Source of the DNA: Schizochytrium sp. TIO01
Taxonomy: Eukaryota; Protista; Bigyra: Labyrinthulomycetes
Assembly: GCA_004764695.1 (NCBI GenBank)
Contig: SMSO01000014.1
Location: forward strand, 5,880,029 to 5,944,028
DNA: 64,000 bases
Direction: 5' to 3'
Position numbers and translations under genes: made by a program. The stretch's first letter is position 1. Each line of letters begins with the position of its first letter. Below the pieces are notes generated by a model. The model was not told where the DNA came from and searched no databases. It saw only the letters and a list, made by a program, of their open reading frames with translations. This document shows, one piece after another, positions 36,934 to 50,800 of the stretch.

Positions 36934-39900
36934 CTTTGTACGGGCAACACACATGCTTGCTATTGTGCTTGCTTGGACAAGCACCAAGAACCTGCCTACA
37001 GAAATCAAATCAATGCTGGGAGAAGATGATGGCTCGGGCTCGGGGTTGGTCCCCGTGAGCAGCTTGGAAACTTACGAACGGGCAAATCTGCGATGAGCCA
37101 AAACTGGCAGCTTGAGAGGCTCTTGAGGCTGGATTGAAGAACTTGAGAACTTGGGTCGATTATCAGAGATCTTGGCAGCAAAGTTTAACAAGGAAGCAAT
37201 TATTAGAAGCCTGATGGATCGATTTTATCAGCCGCCTTCCAATGGGACATTGGTGTGCGTCTCCTGAAGTTGCTGCAGTCTCTGCGTTAAAGATGTGCAA
37301 AGTCTAAACTGCAGAGTGCTTATGGTGGCGGCCGAGCGAACGAGCGGGTGAGATTGACCCGAGACTCGAAGTTCTTCTTGAGATGCTGTACCTGCTTACT
37401 CTATGAGTTTCCTTTCCACAACAGAGCTAAGAAGTATTTCCTACCTCTGACTAGTTATAGCTGTAGATGGATAATAGTTACATGCATATCAAGAAAAGCC
37501 TGAGGGTGTAAGAGGGAAAACAAGGAAGAGGCTGTTTGTACTCAACCGAACGAAGTAAATTGGGTAAGTAGGTAGGTACTGCTTACTATTTGTAAGAGAG
37601 TTTGCGATTCAGTTAGAACTAGGTACTTGAGATATCCGCCAATTGAGCATTCCGAATATCCGCTGTTGTTGCAATTGGCTAACTATTTTATGATTTTGTG
37701 GTTTGTAATCTTTCATTTTTAATTTTAATTGATTCAGTTTAAAATAAAAATGATTTTTTATTTTTGTTGGCTAAAACAAAAACCCTTTATTTTACTATTT
37801 AATGGGCAAACGAGAAATGCCATTTGCCTCAAGTCAGTACTTCATATAAAAATAAATAAATAGAATTATTAGCTTTAAAAAAAATGTTCTCCCAGAGAAA
37901 AAGACTCGCTGGTCAGAACACATATCGCAGTTTTCTTCTTCTCAAGAACATTTAAAAATAGCCCACTCATTTTCTCGAGCCCACTGTCAATGCGTTCTGC
38001 AAGTTAGCTCTCCTCACAGTAGCGCAATCTTCGCTTCTGTCGCCATCAACTCATCTCTCTGCTGAATATCAACAATGCTTATCTATCCAAATCCTGAAGA
38101 GTGGCGGCGACTCCGTCTTTGGCTCTCTCTCAGTCATTCTCTTCGAAGTGCACTTCGCTGGCTTCTCTCCTCTCTTTCATCGTAATGATGCGAGGAGAAC
38201 CCAAAAGATAGCATATGCTAAGTAGGTACATAGAACCTCCTGGGCACCACTATGTAACTCCTATCGTTTATGGTAGTTGGCTGTTTGGCTTCTGTTTTGT
38301 GGTTGTCTGGAAGTATTAGTTGGCTGGCTTGTTGGTTTTTCCGGTTCTTCCGCTTTCCATGTTCATCTAGGAACTATTATGATTAGGGGTCCTGTAGGCC
38401 ACTCAGGGAAGAGTTTACTGTGATGAGGAGAAAGCCGGAATTCCCGATAGACCCGATGATGCCACACCTTTGCTGCTATATTTCGTCATTCCCTTCTTCA
38501 TCTTTGTTTTTTATGGTTTCTGTTTAATTTTAAACATTTAAGTTTTAAAGAATATATACATACATCCTCTAATTAAAGTGCGTTTATGATCCTTTAGTGA
38601 ATATCGATTTGTGGCTACTACACCTCCCCTCAGAACGAATTTGAAAAGAAGAAAAAATATATATACACAAAACAATTATTTTTTTCTTAGTGTTTGATTT
38701 TTATAAAAAAAAATGAATCTTCATTGACACAGAGTTTCTTGTTTTTCGTTGATTTTAATTTCCTTTTTATTTATTCTTTAAATATAAATTAAATGTAACT
38801 TTTAGGGATGCTATTCTTCAAACGACTTTAGGCTACTTTAGAGTATACTAAGAAGTAAAAGATTAAAAAAATATCTTATCTTCAAAAACAAACAAAACAT
38901 GTTTGTTCCTTCAGCTCTTGGTACTAAGGAATGTCCTAACAGTGCGGAAAGGAAGAAAGCCACAACAAAAGTGACCGCTCGCTACCGAAGGTTTCACTGT
39001 GATCGGCTGTTACTCCTGCGCTGTCCTCAGCAGCATCCAACCATGTGCTAAACCAAAGCTGTACTGTGAAGCAGCAGCGCCAGCAGCTGTGAAGCTCCGC
39101 AGACGCTGCCTGCGAGCGTTTCTTGCAACTGACGACAGCCGCTGCCGTTTCGATGGAGTGTTCGCGTGCCGCCCGTCGCGGATTAATGGAGTAACGAAGA
39201 TCTTTCGCCTCTCACCACTTCGGTGACGAAGGCTCTGAAATCTTGCCAACTCCAGCTTCATCTGAAATCTTTAGCAGGGCTTCGCAAAGTAATCGATGAT
39301 CTTGTGACGTCCATGACGGTGAGCTTTGCTACGACACCATCAACGGCCCGCCCGTTCCGAGGAAATGGTTGATATAATTAATAAATAATGGCAGGTTGAT
39401 TAAGTTTGTTTATAGATTTCAATACCTTTTGGACATTGGATCGTCAACTCCACTGTGAATTGTCCAGCACAAGAGACTTCGTGGAAACTTCATTGGCCAT
39501 CTCTTCTAAGGCACGGGATTATAGAAATCCATCTTCGAAGTTCGGAAACGATTAGCAAACGAGCATACAAATCAGGCTTGCAACGTACTGTTGTGCTCTC
39601 CCTGGGCGGCTACTAGAGAACCTTGAGCACATTAATGATTATATACAATTTGAAGATCAAAACCCCTCCCGATGAGGAAGATTTCTTCGTGGTTCAATTG
39701 AGCAGAGCGTTATGTCGGCCCTTCATCAGACTCTCCTCGGCTGTTTCAAAGAGATGGAGGTGAGTCTTGACGCACGCCTTTTTGAGCTTCGTGCATGTGT
39801 ATGTATTCCTCTACCACGAAAACACGAAACGAAGTTCTATCAGGTTATGCGTGGCCCGCTCACCCGCCATCCGCTACTGCCACGCTTGCAATCGAGCAGC

Positions 39901-42900
39901 GTGTCTGTGCCCAAGCCAAGCAACCCAACAAAGGAAAGACTTCGACAGTTTCGTGAGCAAAGCCGTGAAGGCCGCCCGCATTCGTGGTCTCGAAGACGCT
40001 CGCTTGAGTTGCAAAACTGTTGTAAGAAACCGCAAAGACATTTATTATATAAGCTAGCAAAGTGAGGAAACGGGCGAACTCATCAAGCAAGTGGGATTAC
40101 CATCATCCTATCATGATCACATGATCTCAATCTCAACGTTCGTGGCATGGATATTATCGCTCATCTTGATTGAGGGGCAGGCACGTTTTTGGTGGTAGTT
40201 CTCAGAGTCTACAGCCATAACTGAAAGACCAGCCTCACAGTTGAAAGCACCAGAACATATAAACAATAACCACAGAACACAACCATCGATGCTACTGTGG
40301 GTAGGCGTCCTATTTTGTTGGGCCCTTCAAAGGAGCAGTACAGCAAGCAGACAGCAATGGACTGTGGGAGGTCTCATCATTTTAGGTGCGTCAATCAAAT
40401 ATGTGAATGAGTGCTCTCGATGGGTGCGCTTCTCTGCAATCGCCTCAACTTTCATCACTCACTGCGAAGCGTGGAGCGTTTCTTCGTTTCTTCGTTTCAA
40501 GTTCACTCAAGTTTCGTTTCATCTGACTTTTGAGTCCGCAATGAATGTATTTGCTGTGGACGCCATGGAGGTGTGCATAATGTTATTATCTATAAAGGTT
40601 TCTACCTAACCTAGCCACTAGCTACCAAGATGGAACTTGAGCATGAAGGTTTCATTTGCCAGTCTCTTTTCTTGGCAGTAAATGCTCCAAAACCGTCAGC
40701 CGTTGCTCTTCGCGACAGCCCTGCGTAGCGTCCGCAAGATTTTCGGGTTGAGTTGTTTCTCGTGCCAAGCAATAACGAGAGCCACCATTTCAGTTTCCCA
40801 TCTTTCACTTGTGCAGGCTTTTTCATTTCTTAATCTTGCCCGCCTTTTGGTACTCTTTCGCTCTCAAGTTAAAAATGAGTGATCCTCTTGCTAGTTAGTT
40901 CCTTATGAACGTGCGATGAATACCCTCCACAAACGTGCAAGAAGAAGGCGAACAAGACAACCCGAAGATGGTTCAAACTTCTTGTTTGCTAGCTGGCCAC
41001 AACTTAGTCAGCTTTCCATGTGTCTTTCGAGTACTCGCATGAAGTTTGAGCACACCCCAAACTAAACATCTGCTCCGGTGTGCGTGTGTACGCGAGTACT
41101 GTACGCGTGTGCGCACAAATGAGTATACAGCTTCATCAACCCTCGCGAAGATCCGCTCCCTCGCTCGCCGCTTTCGTACGGCAAGCAAACGTAGCTTGAG
41201 CGCTTGAGGTGAGTGGAGTGAATCTTGCGGAGTCACGCGCCTCTCTTCGACTGCTCAGAGCCGTGTCGCTCCTGCTTTCACCCGCCTCAGGCCGCCTTGA
41301 GTCGAGGTAATTGATTGATTGATCGATTGATTGAAGATCCTTACTTAGCAGCCACTACTTCTACTTTCATTCTTTGATTTAATCGCGAAGAATAATAAAA
41401 GAGTTCACAGAAAATGACAGATATTAATTAAGCTCAAGCTCAAGATGAAGACTACAGTACTCACATACGAAGCAGCGTTACTCTAGGGCGCTAAAGAGCG
41501 TCAGTTGGACGAAGGATGCTCCACCAATCATCGCAGTCTCTATCTTTGATCTCAAGAGAGAAAGTTTCGGCCGTTAGCAAAGAGCTTGCAAGGGAAGGAA
41601 AGAGGAGCTTTCTCCTCACACGCTACTTTTTAATCCTCCCTCGTCTGGGGATCTTTTTTCTTCTGGATGCCACAATAATTCCGAAAAGATTAAAGCAACG
41701 CTAGTTTTGATTCTTTTTTCTTTTTCTTTTTCTTTTTCTTTTTCCTGTTTCCAATGAATAGAATATTATTAATGTTGTTATTCTTTTATATAGTTTCATG
41801 CTAAAGTTTATTTGGTTCTATTAATTATCATTATTACTTTAAAACCTTCTCCTTCCCCCCTCCCCTCCTTAAAAAAAACTAAAACTAAAACTTGCTGCAT
41901 TTATTTTAAACAGCAAAATGCCCCAAAACCAATTAAAGTGAAGCCGAGCCTTTTTGGAGTTCCATTTTAAATAAAACATTTTGTTTTTCTAAAGTGATAT
42001 ATTTTTTTAAAGTAAGAAACAATTACTATAAAGAGTTTTACCTTCTTTCTTTCTTTCTTTCTATGTACTTTTCAAAAATCATAATTTAAAAAAAAAATCA
42101 AGATTGGCCTGAGGAACACACCTACCTACCGAGGTATTCTGAAGTTAGTGCTGCATTGATGATTTTATCTTTGCACAAGATGAGTCTGAGGGCCATGCCA
42201 AGGTTAGAGGGCCATGCCAAGGAAGACTTTCAATCCATTTCCTGACTCGCTTTTGGTGCCTCGCCGTTTGCATCGGTCCCTAGCACCTCTATTTCTACTT
42301 TTGGTTTTTAATACTTTCTCGCAGCAAAAGAGGCCTTGTTTTCTTATTCTTATTCTTGTTCCTGTTCTTGCTCTTTCCTCCAGAGGCTATTTGGCCAAAT
42401 TGGCAAAAGGAAGGGCGAGAGATAGCTGGAGTAACTAAATAATGCAGTATTGAAGATGTGAACAAATGAACTAGCAATCAATCGACACGTCGACTGTGAT
42501 GAGTCCAAGAGAAGTCCAATTTTATTTCATCACTATTATGTAAAATCAGCATTTCTTCATGGCAGACAGATGCAGCTTATCATCATTGGGGGAAACAATA
42601 AAGAGCGATGGAACGGCGGAAAGTACACCACGAAGAAGGAAGGAAGGAAAAGAGAGAGCTCGAGGAGAAATACCACAATCCTCGCAACGAGCGTTCGCTT
42701 ATGGGAGCTATTGCGAGGCCGTCGTGATAGCGGGCGCTTCTATGTGATGTCAATGCTCATCATGTCCAAATACCGGGCGCTGAAAACGACAGATGTCAGG
42801 AATGCCAAGGCAGTGAGTGTTTGGGCTGCTTGAGACTTCTTGGCCGCGTTGCTCTTCAAGAACCTGTCTGTCGTCATCGCTCTTTTTGGCTCTAGTTCAG

Positions 42901-44581
42901 CGCGTTTCTATCTCGCGCTGTCTCCTCGGTGAAACCAGCTCGCTCTTTGCAGCTTGATTCCCTTATGACTACTACGTCGCAGTTTTTGGGGAACTGGAAA
43001 ACTATTTTCTCCGTTAGGCGGTCGGAGTTGGGTAGTTTTCCCGCCGCAACTCCCTATTCTAAGGTTTATGCTATTTGTACATTACTCTAAAATCAACTCG
43101 AAGGTGTCGCACTTTTCAAGGCTGGGGGCTTTCACTGCGCGAGGAATCCCCTGCAAGCTGAACGGAGGCCAGAAAGAAAGTCCGAGGAATTGTTATTCTA
43201 TATCTATTTTTTTTAATTAAATAGGTTTTGATACAAATAAAAAGATTTTTTTTTTTAAATTACTATATGCATACTAAAAGTTTCGTCTCTGAATTTATTT
43301 AGCTCCCTCTGTTTATTTTACTTTATCTTCAAATGTTCATGAAAATAAATTTTAAACACTTAAAGTTATTAAAATATTGTTGATTTGTAATAGATTTTTT
43401 TAATACTGCTTCAAAAAAATGCGATGCAAAAATACATATGAGAATCCCATTCTCTCTTTTCTTTCAATTAGAAGAGGGGAACTTTCCTTTCTCCTTTTCT
43501 TTTCCAGTTTCTTTCCTTCCGTGAAAAGTTCTTTCTCCCTGTTCGTCATGAAAAGTTTTTACTCGCATTGACATAGAATGTAACCAAGAAGTCAAATGTT
43601 TCCCTCAAAGAAATAGCTTCAAAGCGCAGGAAGAGCCACAAAATAATGGACATGTGAACCGAAAAGCGAGGAAAGAAGGGAGAATTGGGCAAGAAGGAAA
43701 CAAGCAGGAAGTTGGAGCCTCCCTCCCATTAATTCCACTAATAATCGAATCGGTGTCTCTCGAGTTCATTTTATTCGTCATCATCTCTTTCAGGAAACCC
43801 ATTCTTCTTCGGGTGGACTCGTAGGAAGGAAGGAGGCCATAACTCCAGAATTAACGAGGACCAAACAAAGGCGGCACCAGAAAACTGCGAATCCTGAAAC
43901 TCGCAGAGCTTCAGAGAGCGCGAGCGATGGTAGTATGTTCCTAACTCATTGGTACCTGCTAGCCGTCCTCTTAGGTCTCCGCCTAGGCCTCGTAGAAGGT
44001 AGTCACCACTGAGGAGTTTCATGTTTTTTGTTTTATTTTTGAAATGAATTCATAATCGTAAAATAAATAGTTCAACTCTCAAGTTAGTCTGCAATGCAAA
44101 TAGAATCAATGTTCTTTAAAGTTTAGAGTTTTCTTTGAAAGCTCTGGGCTACCTATCGCTTTCTCATAGGACTCGATAGGCCTCGCAGGATCATGCGAAC
44201 TGACTGACTGAAAAATGAAACTCTGGATTAAACAGACGATGAAATGGATGGAGACGTGACAAGCACTCTGCTGCAGCAACAGAGTCCGCTTCTGATGCAT
44301 GGCGTGGCCCAAGGCACAGGCTGACAGACAGACAGACAGACATACCTACCGCAGCGGAGCAGCGCGTAAGAAGCTTGGATCCGCAGAGCCTCAAGGTTTC
44401 CATGACGGCATGTCGATGAAAGGCGAAGAAGATAGATCACTCGTTCCGTTCGCAGCCTCTGGAAAAGAGCGATGAGAGAACGGAAGAAAGAAAGGAACAA
44501 AAGGAAGAAAGGGAGAAAATGGCGACAGGATCCATTATGATTTGAATTCAAGTTCACACGACGATCCATGGAGCAAGGAAT

Positions 44582-44680
44582 TGACAATCAATCAACGACA
44601 ATCAATCAATGGCAATCAATCAATGACAGACAATCAATGACAAACAATCAATCAATCAATGATGACAATGGATCAATCAG
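44582..44680. repeat. Degenerate ~14-bp GACAATCAATCAAT repeat
   Basis: Several imperfect tandem units. Confidence 0.8.
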
Positions 44681-44807
44681 ACTTGCAGGAGGACCCGCAG
44701 CCAGGGCATGGCGAGAAGCCCGCGATCATCCTGGTATCGCAGGAGCTTACCGAGCCGAGTCCACTTTCAAATTGATTCCAGCACCTCCTTCGTCCAAGAA
44801 GATATAC

Positions 44808-44893
44808 GAAGAACTTCAAGAAGAACTTCAAGAAGAACTTCAAGAAGAACTTCAAGAAGAACTTCAAGAAGAACCTCAAGAAGAACTTCAAGA
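44808..44893. repeat. 12-bp tandem repeat, 7 copies
   Basis: GAAGAACTTCAA x7, one copy with a T>C change. Confidence 0.95.
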
Positions 44894-45145
44894 CCGCCGC
44901 CCTCGTCGCTGCAGAGGGCGCTGGAGGAGGAGGACGATTGCGCGGTGGATTCGCCGGCCGTCATGCGTGCAGGCGTTCCCTTCGAAGTTCGTCGAGGGCT
45001 GAAAACGAGGATCATCAAGCCAACCAACTCCAAAGGAGGCCTGCTTGACGCGACCCTGACTGCCTCCCTCCCTCCTCGAGGCCTCCGCGACGGTGCCACG
45101 CGTGAGCGGGCGAAGCGAACGCCAGGCAGGCTCGAGTGAAGCTGC

Positions 45146-45178
<33 letters not shown>

Positions 45179-47825
45179 TTGAGCGGCGCAGAGCGTTCAA
45201 GAAAGAAGTCCCGAGTTGGAGCCACGTTTGCATGCGAAAGGAGGAAATGACCGCGGCTGCGACGATGACAGCGACGACGAGGACCGCGACGAGGACCGCG
45301 AGACTATACACAAGAGCGGCGGGAACTAGCTCATCTTCAGGCAGCAGGCAGATATCAAATTATCAAATACACGCGTGGAAAAGAGCCCAAGAAGCTCGAG
45401 CTGCAGGGCGCTACGATTCCGTGAAGCGATGGAGGCAGACGAAGAAGAGAAGAGCATCTCGAAAGGGAGCTTATTTATTGGAGCTCTCTGATCGCAGCAG
45501 AAGAGACACAATTCAAGCCCAATCCATTCTTGCGAAGAGTCAATCGCACATTGCGATGCACCGCAGTGCGAATCGAAATGCGCTGCCAAATATCATGAAT
45601 ATCCATCCAACCATTCATGAATTCACTCGCTCATTCGTTCATTCATTTATCCGTTAATTCCTTTATTCGTCACAAAGCTGCGCAAAGCAAAGCTTCGAGA
45701 CGTCGAGATCGCACAGATCGAAGCGCGGCTTGGTCGGCACTCGATGTACTCGCTTCGCAGCCTTAAGGAGTATAGACCGCTCGCTCGAGTGAGTGAGTTG
45801 AGTCCTCGTAAGCAGTGACCTTCGTGGATCGTCGATGAGTCGGAGCGTCTTTCATGGCTTCTTTCATTCATTCCTGTGACATACTTCATTAGTTTAGTTG
45901 CTGTAGTTGCGTGAGTTTGTTAGTGAGTTTTAGTTAGCGAATCATGATTTCGCCGCAAAGCAAAGAAAGCCTGATCTTGGCTTCCTTCGACCTGCAGCAG
46001 CTTGCAGCTGGGACTTGGTCCGGATACCGCCGCGATGCTCCGGAGACAATCAAGATACAGGCAACGCGTGGGTTGGCTGGATTGGACGCCTATCTGCTAC
46101 AGCGAGACGAGCTCTGGAAACGGTGGTCTCTGCAATCGATCCATTCGCGTTCTCGTGAGCTTCCTGGTACTAACAGTGAAATAAAAGAAAATCGTCGCAG
46201 TTCTCTATTGTAGAGGAGTCGTAGGTACTTGGCTAGTTAGTTTTCCTCTTGCTTTTGCTTTTTCTTTCTTTATGTAAAGTATCCTTTTCTCTGGCAGTCA
46301 TAACTTATTTGTCGTTTTAAGTTTTTAATTCAATTTTTTTTATTTAGAAAAAGTTTGTTTTTAACAAAAATGAAAAACTAACTACCATGAAGTATATACT
46401 CATCACTGAAAAAGTAAAAAATGATTAATATATATATATTTTTTTTTTTCCTTAGATGAAAAACAAAAAATGAAGAACAAAAAAACAGAAAATCAAGGCC
46501 AATCTGAAACCATCCACACCGCTCGGCTTGAACAAGCTCATTCTCTAGCTCGCGGCGAAAGGGTTCGAGCCGTTTTTTTTGAAAAGTGCTCTTCAGTCCA
46601 AATGCGTTGACGACCTATTCTCAGAAGCAGCCACAAAGGAGCTGATCTTTTATCCTCAGGCAATTCGCACGCTATTATCTATCTACATAGCGCCAACCAG
46701 CAACCAGTAGCAGTTTACCTACTTCTCACGCGTAGCGGTACGTACGTACGTACAAGTCGCACACTGTTTTATGAGCTCTATGAGCTCAATCGCTCTTTCA
46801 TAAGTTGGCCAAGGTGAAACATTGACTCCCAAGTGTGCCTGCCTGCCTGCTGTTGTGAGCTCGTGCAATTTGGCCCGGGCTTCATTCTTACGAGCTCGCC
46901 TCGAATTGACTCCTTTACGCTCACTTCTCTCGCCCATTCGCCATTTCAGAAGCGAAGAAGTGGATCCATTCAACAGATCAACAGAGAGCGACAACGATAA
47001 CTTATCCATAGCTCCTTCGTTGTGCACACCGCGCTCTATCGATGGATGGGCCGGGACATTTATGCAGCTAATCTGCTAAGTAGTTTCACTGGCAGGCGGG
47101 GTCCCGAACTTGCCAACTCGCCCAGAACAAGTCCTTCAAGCGAGCGTGCCTTGGACTGTTGAGTCTATAAATGCGGCGAAGACGCCGCACGTTGGACGGA
47201 GCCTGGCGGCATCGAAGTTTGCAGAGTCCCGTCGAAGCTTGAGATTTATGGCTTCACCTGCTGGCGTGCGTCCAAGGTCAGGTAGTCGTCCCTCGCGGTA
47301 CGAAGAGTTTCGGAGCCAATCCCGCGTTGCCGAGGTTTTCAATGCACAGCTTGGATGACGCGAGTCAATCAAAAGTGCTGCTCTACCGACGAAGCCACTC
47401 TCGTTTCAGCACCTCGAAATAGCGTCGGAGCCACAGCTTTGATGCCGCAATACTTTGTTGCCGTCGCGGTGTTTTGGGCTCCTCTGCAAGCACATTGCAC
47501 GTTCATGATTGCACTCGGTACACACCCCTCTACTGCTTTCCGAGATTCCGATGCTTTTGCTTTGAGCTAATTAGGTACCTACATAAACAACAACATAGCT
47601 GAGCGAGCGAGCGAGTACTCATGAAGACTGATTGATATCTACTTCTTGTGCAAGCCTCAATGCCAGGCGGACGTCTTGGAGGCCTTGAAAGTATCATGGT
47701 GGACGTCTTCTACAGATTGTACTGCCACGGTGGCAGAGCAATCTTGCGGCATTTGGGCTAGATCTCCGCATGCTGCAGCCCTAAGCTAAGCAATGCTAAG
47801 CAATGCTATGCTCCATATATGTGTG

Positions 47826-50800
47826 GGCTCGTCTGCCATGCTGACAAAAGTCTCTCTTCCAAAAGAGCAAAAAACTCGCGCTTAGAACGCCTATGAATTA
47901 ATATGGGAGACTCATTGGTGTTCTAGAACAGTGTTCTCAAGGGTGTTCTGGAACGGTGTTCTGTTCTTAGTTCTTATATATTATATGAGTCTAGCTAACA
48001 GTAACGGCGACTTGACTTGAAAACTCAGTCGCTGAAATCTGAGGCGCTTGAGCTTGACTTTGACTTGACATTGCTTGGTTGGGATTTTTGATCGCAGCTA
48101 AGATTAAATTTAAATGCGTAGACCCCCTTGCGTCAGATCTGGCTGCCCAATAGACCTGTAAATATGAAATATTGTAAACCCTCCAGATTCCACGAACAAT
48201 GTCCATCGCAAATGCCCTACGATAAACTTCATTCATATGTTCATCTTGAATTTCCTGGTGAGCAACTTCTTCAGCTACATCTCCACGCCATAAAGTATAC
48301 ATTAGAGTAGATACGTGATATCCGCAATCCACACCGTTTTTTTGGTTGCCTCGCCTAATCTCGATCTCCCAGTCTTCAGCTCCAAAAAGACGGATGGCAT
48401 CGCCAAATACTTTCATCACGTGGCTCGGTTCATGCAAGGTACTTAATGGGTCGTAAAAGACAACACGCGCTTGCCTTTGGTTAAAATAAAGAAGCTGCCA
48501 ATGACTTCCTGTACAAAACGGTAGCATAACATATTCAATGACATCTGGAATATAGATTGACCTCGTTGAGGAGCTGTCCTTTTGAAAATGGCCTCTTGGT
48601 GTGGCATTTGCAATCGCATTGCATACAGACGATATAAACAAATCGTGTCGGTCATCTACCGAACTTGTGAGGAATTGAAGTGCGGTGCTAGGTACAAATG
48701 CGGTTCCGTGACACTTCTTTCTTTCTGCAGGCTTCATAACGCGATTTTCTTCGCAGCAGGTAGCACACCATGCATCCATTGCATCCCCTTGCATCCATGA
48801 TAAAGGTTCCCCGAAAGATTCGGGGTTAGTTGATTCGGAGCATGGCAAGTTCCCATGAGAGTCTAAGAACAGCCTTTGACACATGCCAAACTCTAGAAAC
48901 GTATGATTCATAGTGATGTTGTTTGAATGAACAAAGTGTTTTCCACTTGTAAAAACAGAGTGCTTGGGAGAAATGGAGCTCTTCAGAAGACTGAACACCT
49001 TTGCTGAAGCTTTCCAGAACGCTGTGCATTTTGAGTTAAACGTTCGCACAGGTCCTCCTTGTCTTGGTTGCATTTTGACACCGCGTACATTTCCAACCTT
49101 GGGGACATCTACAGTATGTTCTTTAGGGGCTATCGCTTGAGCCCTTCTTTTTTCAGACCCGAAAAAGTCTGTGGGTGGTAAACTGTCCAGGGCAGAAATT
49201 GTTGCTTCGCAGGTCTGAAGTTTGCACTCAGCGCCAAATGGCGTGGGGTGCCCTTCTCTTGGTGCATAGCAAGACTGACAGTACTTGCACTTGCTCAGAT
49301 TTTCAGGAGCTCGCCAGATGCTCTTTCGTTTACTTTTCAAATGCTTGAATTGGAAAAAGGTTTGTTGAGGTGCAAGGGGGAAGTTCTTCGTCATAATTGA
49401 CCTCAACTCTGCTGTGTCAAATCGTTCCAGAGAGGGATGCCGAGAGAGGAGTTCTTCGTTTATGATGTTCGCTTCCAGATTGCAACGTGTTGAATAGTCC
49501 AGCTCTCTGATACTTTCCAATAGATGCAAGGGATGCACCAAAGCACCATCTGCAGTAACAGGTACGTCGACCAATGGCTCAGTCATGTGCTCTAACTTGG
49601 ACGCTAGCATTAGTTTTCGATTTTTGGCAGAAATGCTATCTCTCTGATTCAGAAAATCTGCATATTGCCTGAGTAGGAACGCCGTCTTTGGTTTCAGATA
49701 TTCCCTCAAGTCGCCCGGATGAGAGATCTGCACGGAATCAAGCTTCGGAAGGAAAAGACCGTCAAGATCCCCTGCAGGACAAGCGTATCGATTCCACAAC
49801 TGTGCAAAGCTTTCGAAGCTGTTAGACAGAATGGGCGCAGCTTTTCGATTGAAGTTTTTGGTTTTAAGAAGATATAAATAAAAGTCTTGCTCCACTTTGT
49901 CCTGCTGTTCGGGCTTACCTTTCATTTTGAATGGGCAAGGCGTGCTAGCTCCTATGAGGTCCTTGGGGCGAGGTCTGGCCCAACCAGAGCCTTTTATGCC
50001 GCAAGTTGTATAAGATGCCGACAGTACTTGCTGCTGCTTCTTCCTACATTCCACCGTTTGCTCGGCATCATCCCCACTATTTTCGCTGAGAACTCTCTCC
50101 CACGAGACGTCATCAGTCAGAGAGGTTCCAGATCGATTTGGCAAAGGATCTTCACAGAATGCAATCCAACGGGTACGGTCAGGCCTTGCCTCTTCGGCAG
50201 GGAACAAGCCTTTTTTTACCCTTGGCGCAGAAGCAAGCTGCGCTTTTGGAAGATTTGTAATATTTTTTCGAACAGAACATCCAATGTGCAGATGAATATC
50301 AGCGTTTGAGCTACCAACCACTAATTCTGATATTGGGTCATCCTCGTGTTCAGGCGGTTCTAACTGTACGCACGATATTTTGATCCTTTCTTTAAATTCC
50401 TCAGAATCAGAGTCTGTACTTATACAATCTTCAAGAATTTCTACACAAGTTGAAAGGACTCTCTGAACACCAATATCACCTTGAGGTTCAGGCTTGTCAC
50501 CGTTCTCTCCTTTAGTGAAAAGGCTGCCGTTTACTAGTATATTCATTGCTATCAGGCGCAAGCTGATGTGGTCTTTCAATTTTTTATCGATGCCAGCCTC
50601 GTCGAGGACTGATCGATCTGTTTCGGTGGGTACCCCTCCTCCCGTTAGTTTTCGAAGAACTTTCTGGAGGTAACTTATGGCTTTTCTTTTATGTTCTGGT
50701 CGTGCGAGAGCTTTTGCAAAGGCAAATATCACAGCAATGGCTTGCTCTACGGCATGCGCCAGTGTTGAGTTCTCCGTGCTGTCGAAGAAAATCGGCACCA

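Noticed and set aside
44568-45657. ORFs with EELQ/RRTS/poly-L runs
   Set aside because: Products of 12-bp and CTG repeats; no other coding evidence.
46545-46575. tRNA gene
   Set aside because: GGTTCGA is present, but there is no room for a cloverleaf.
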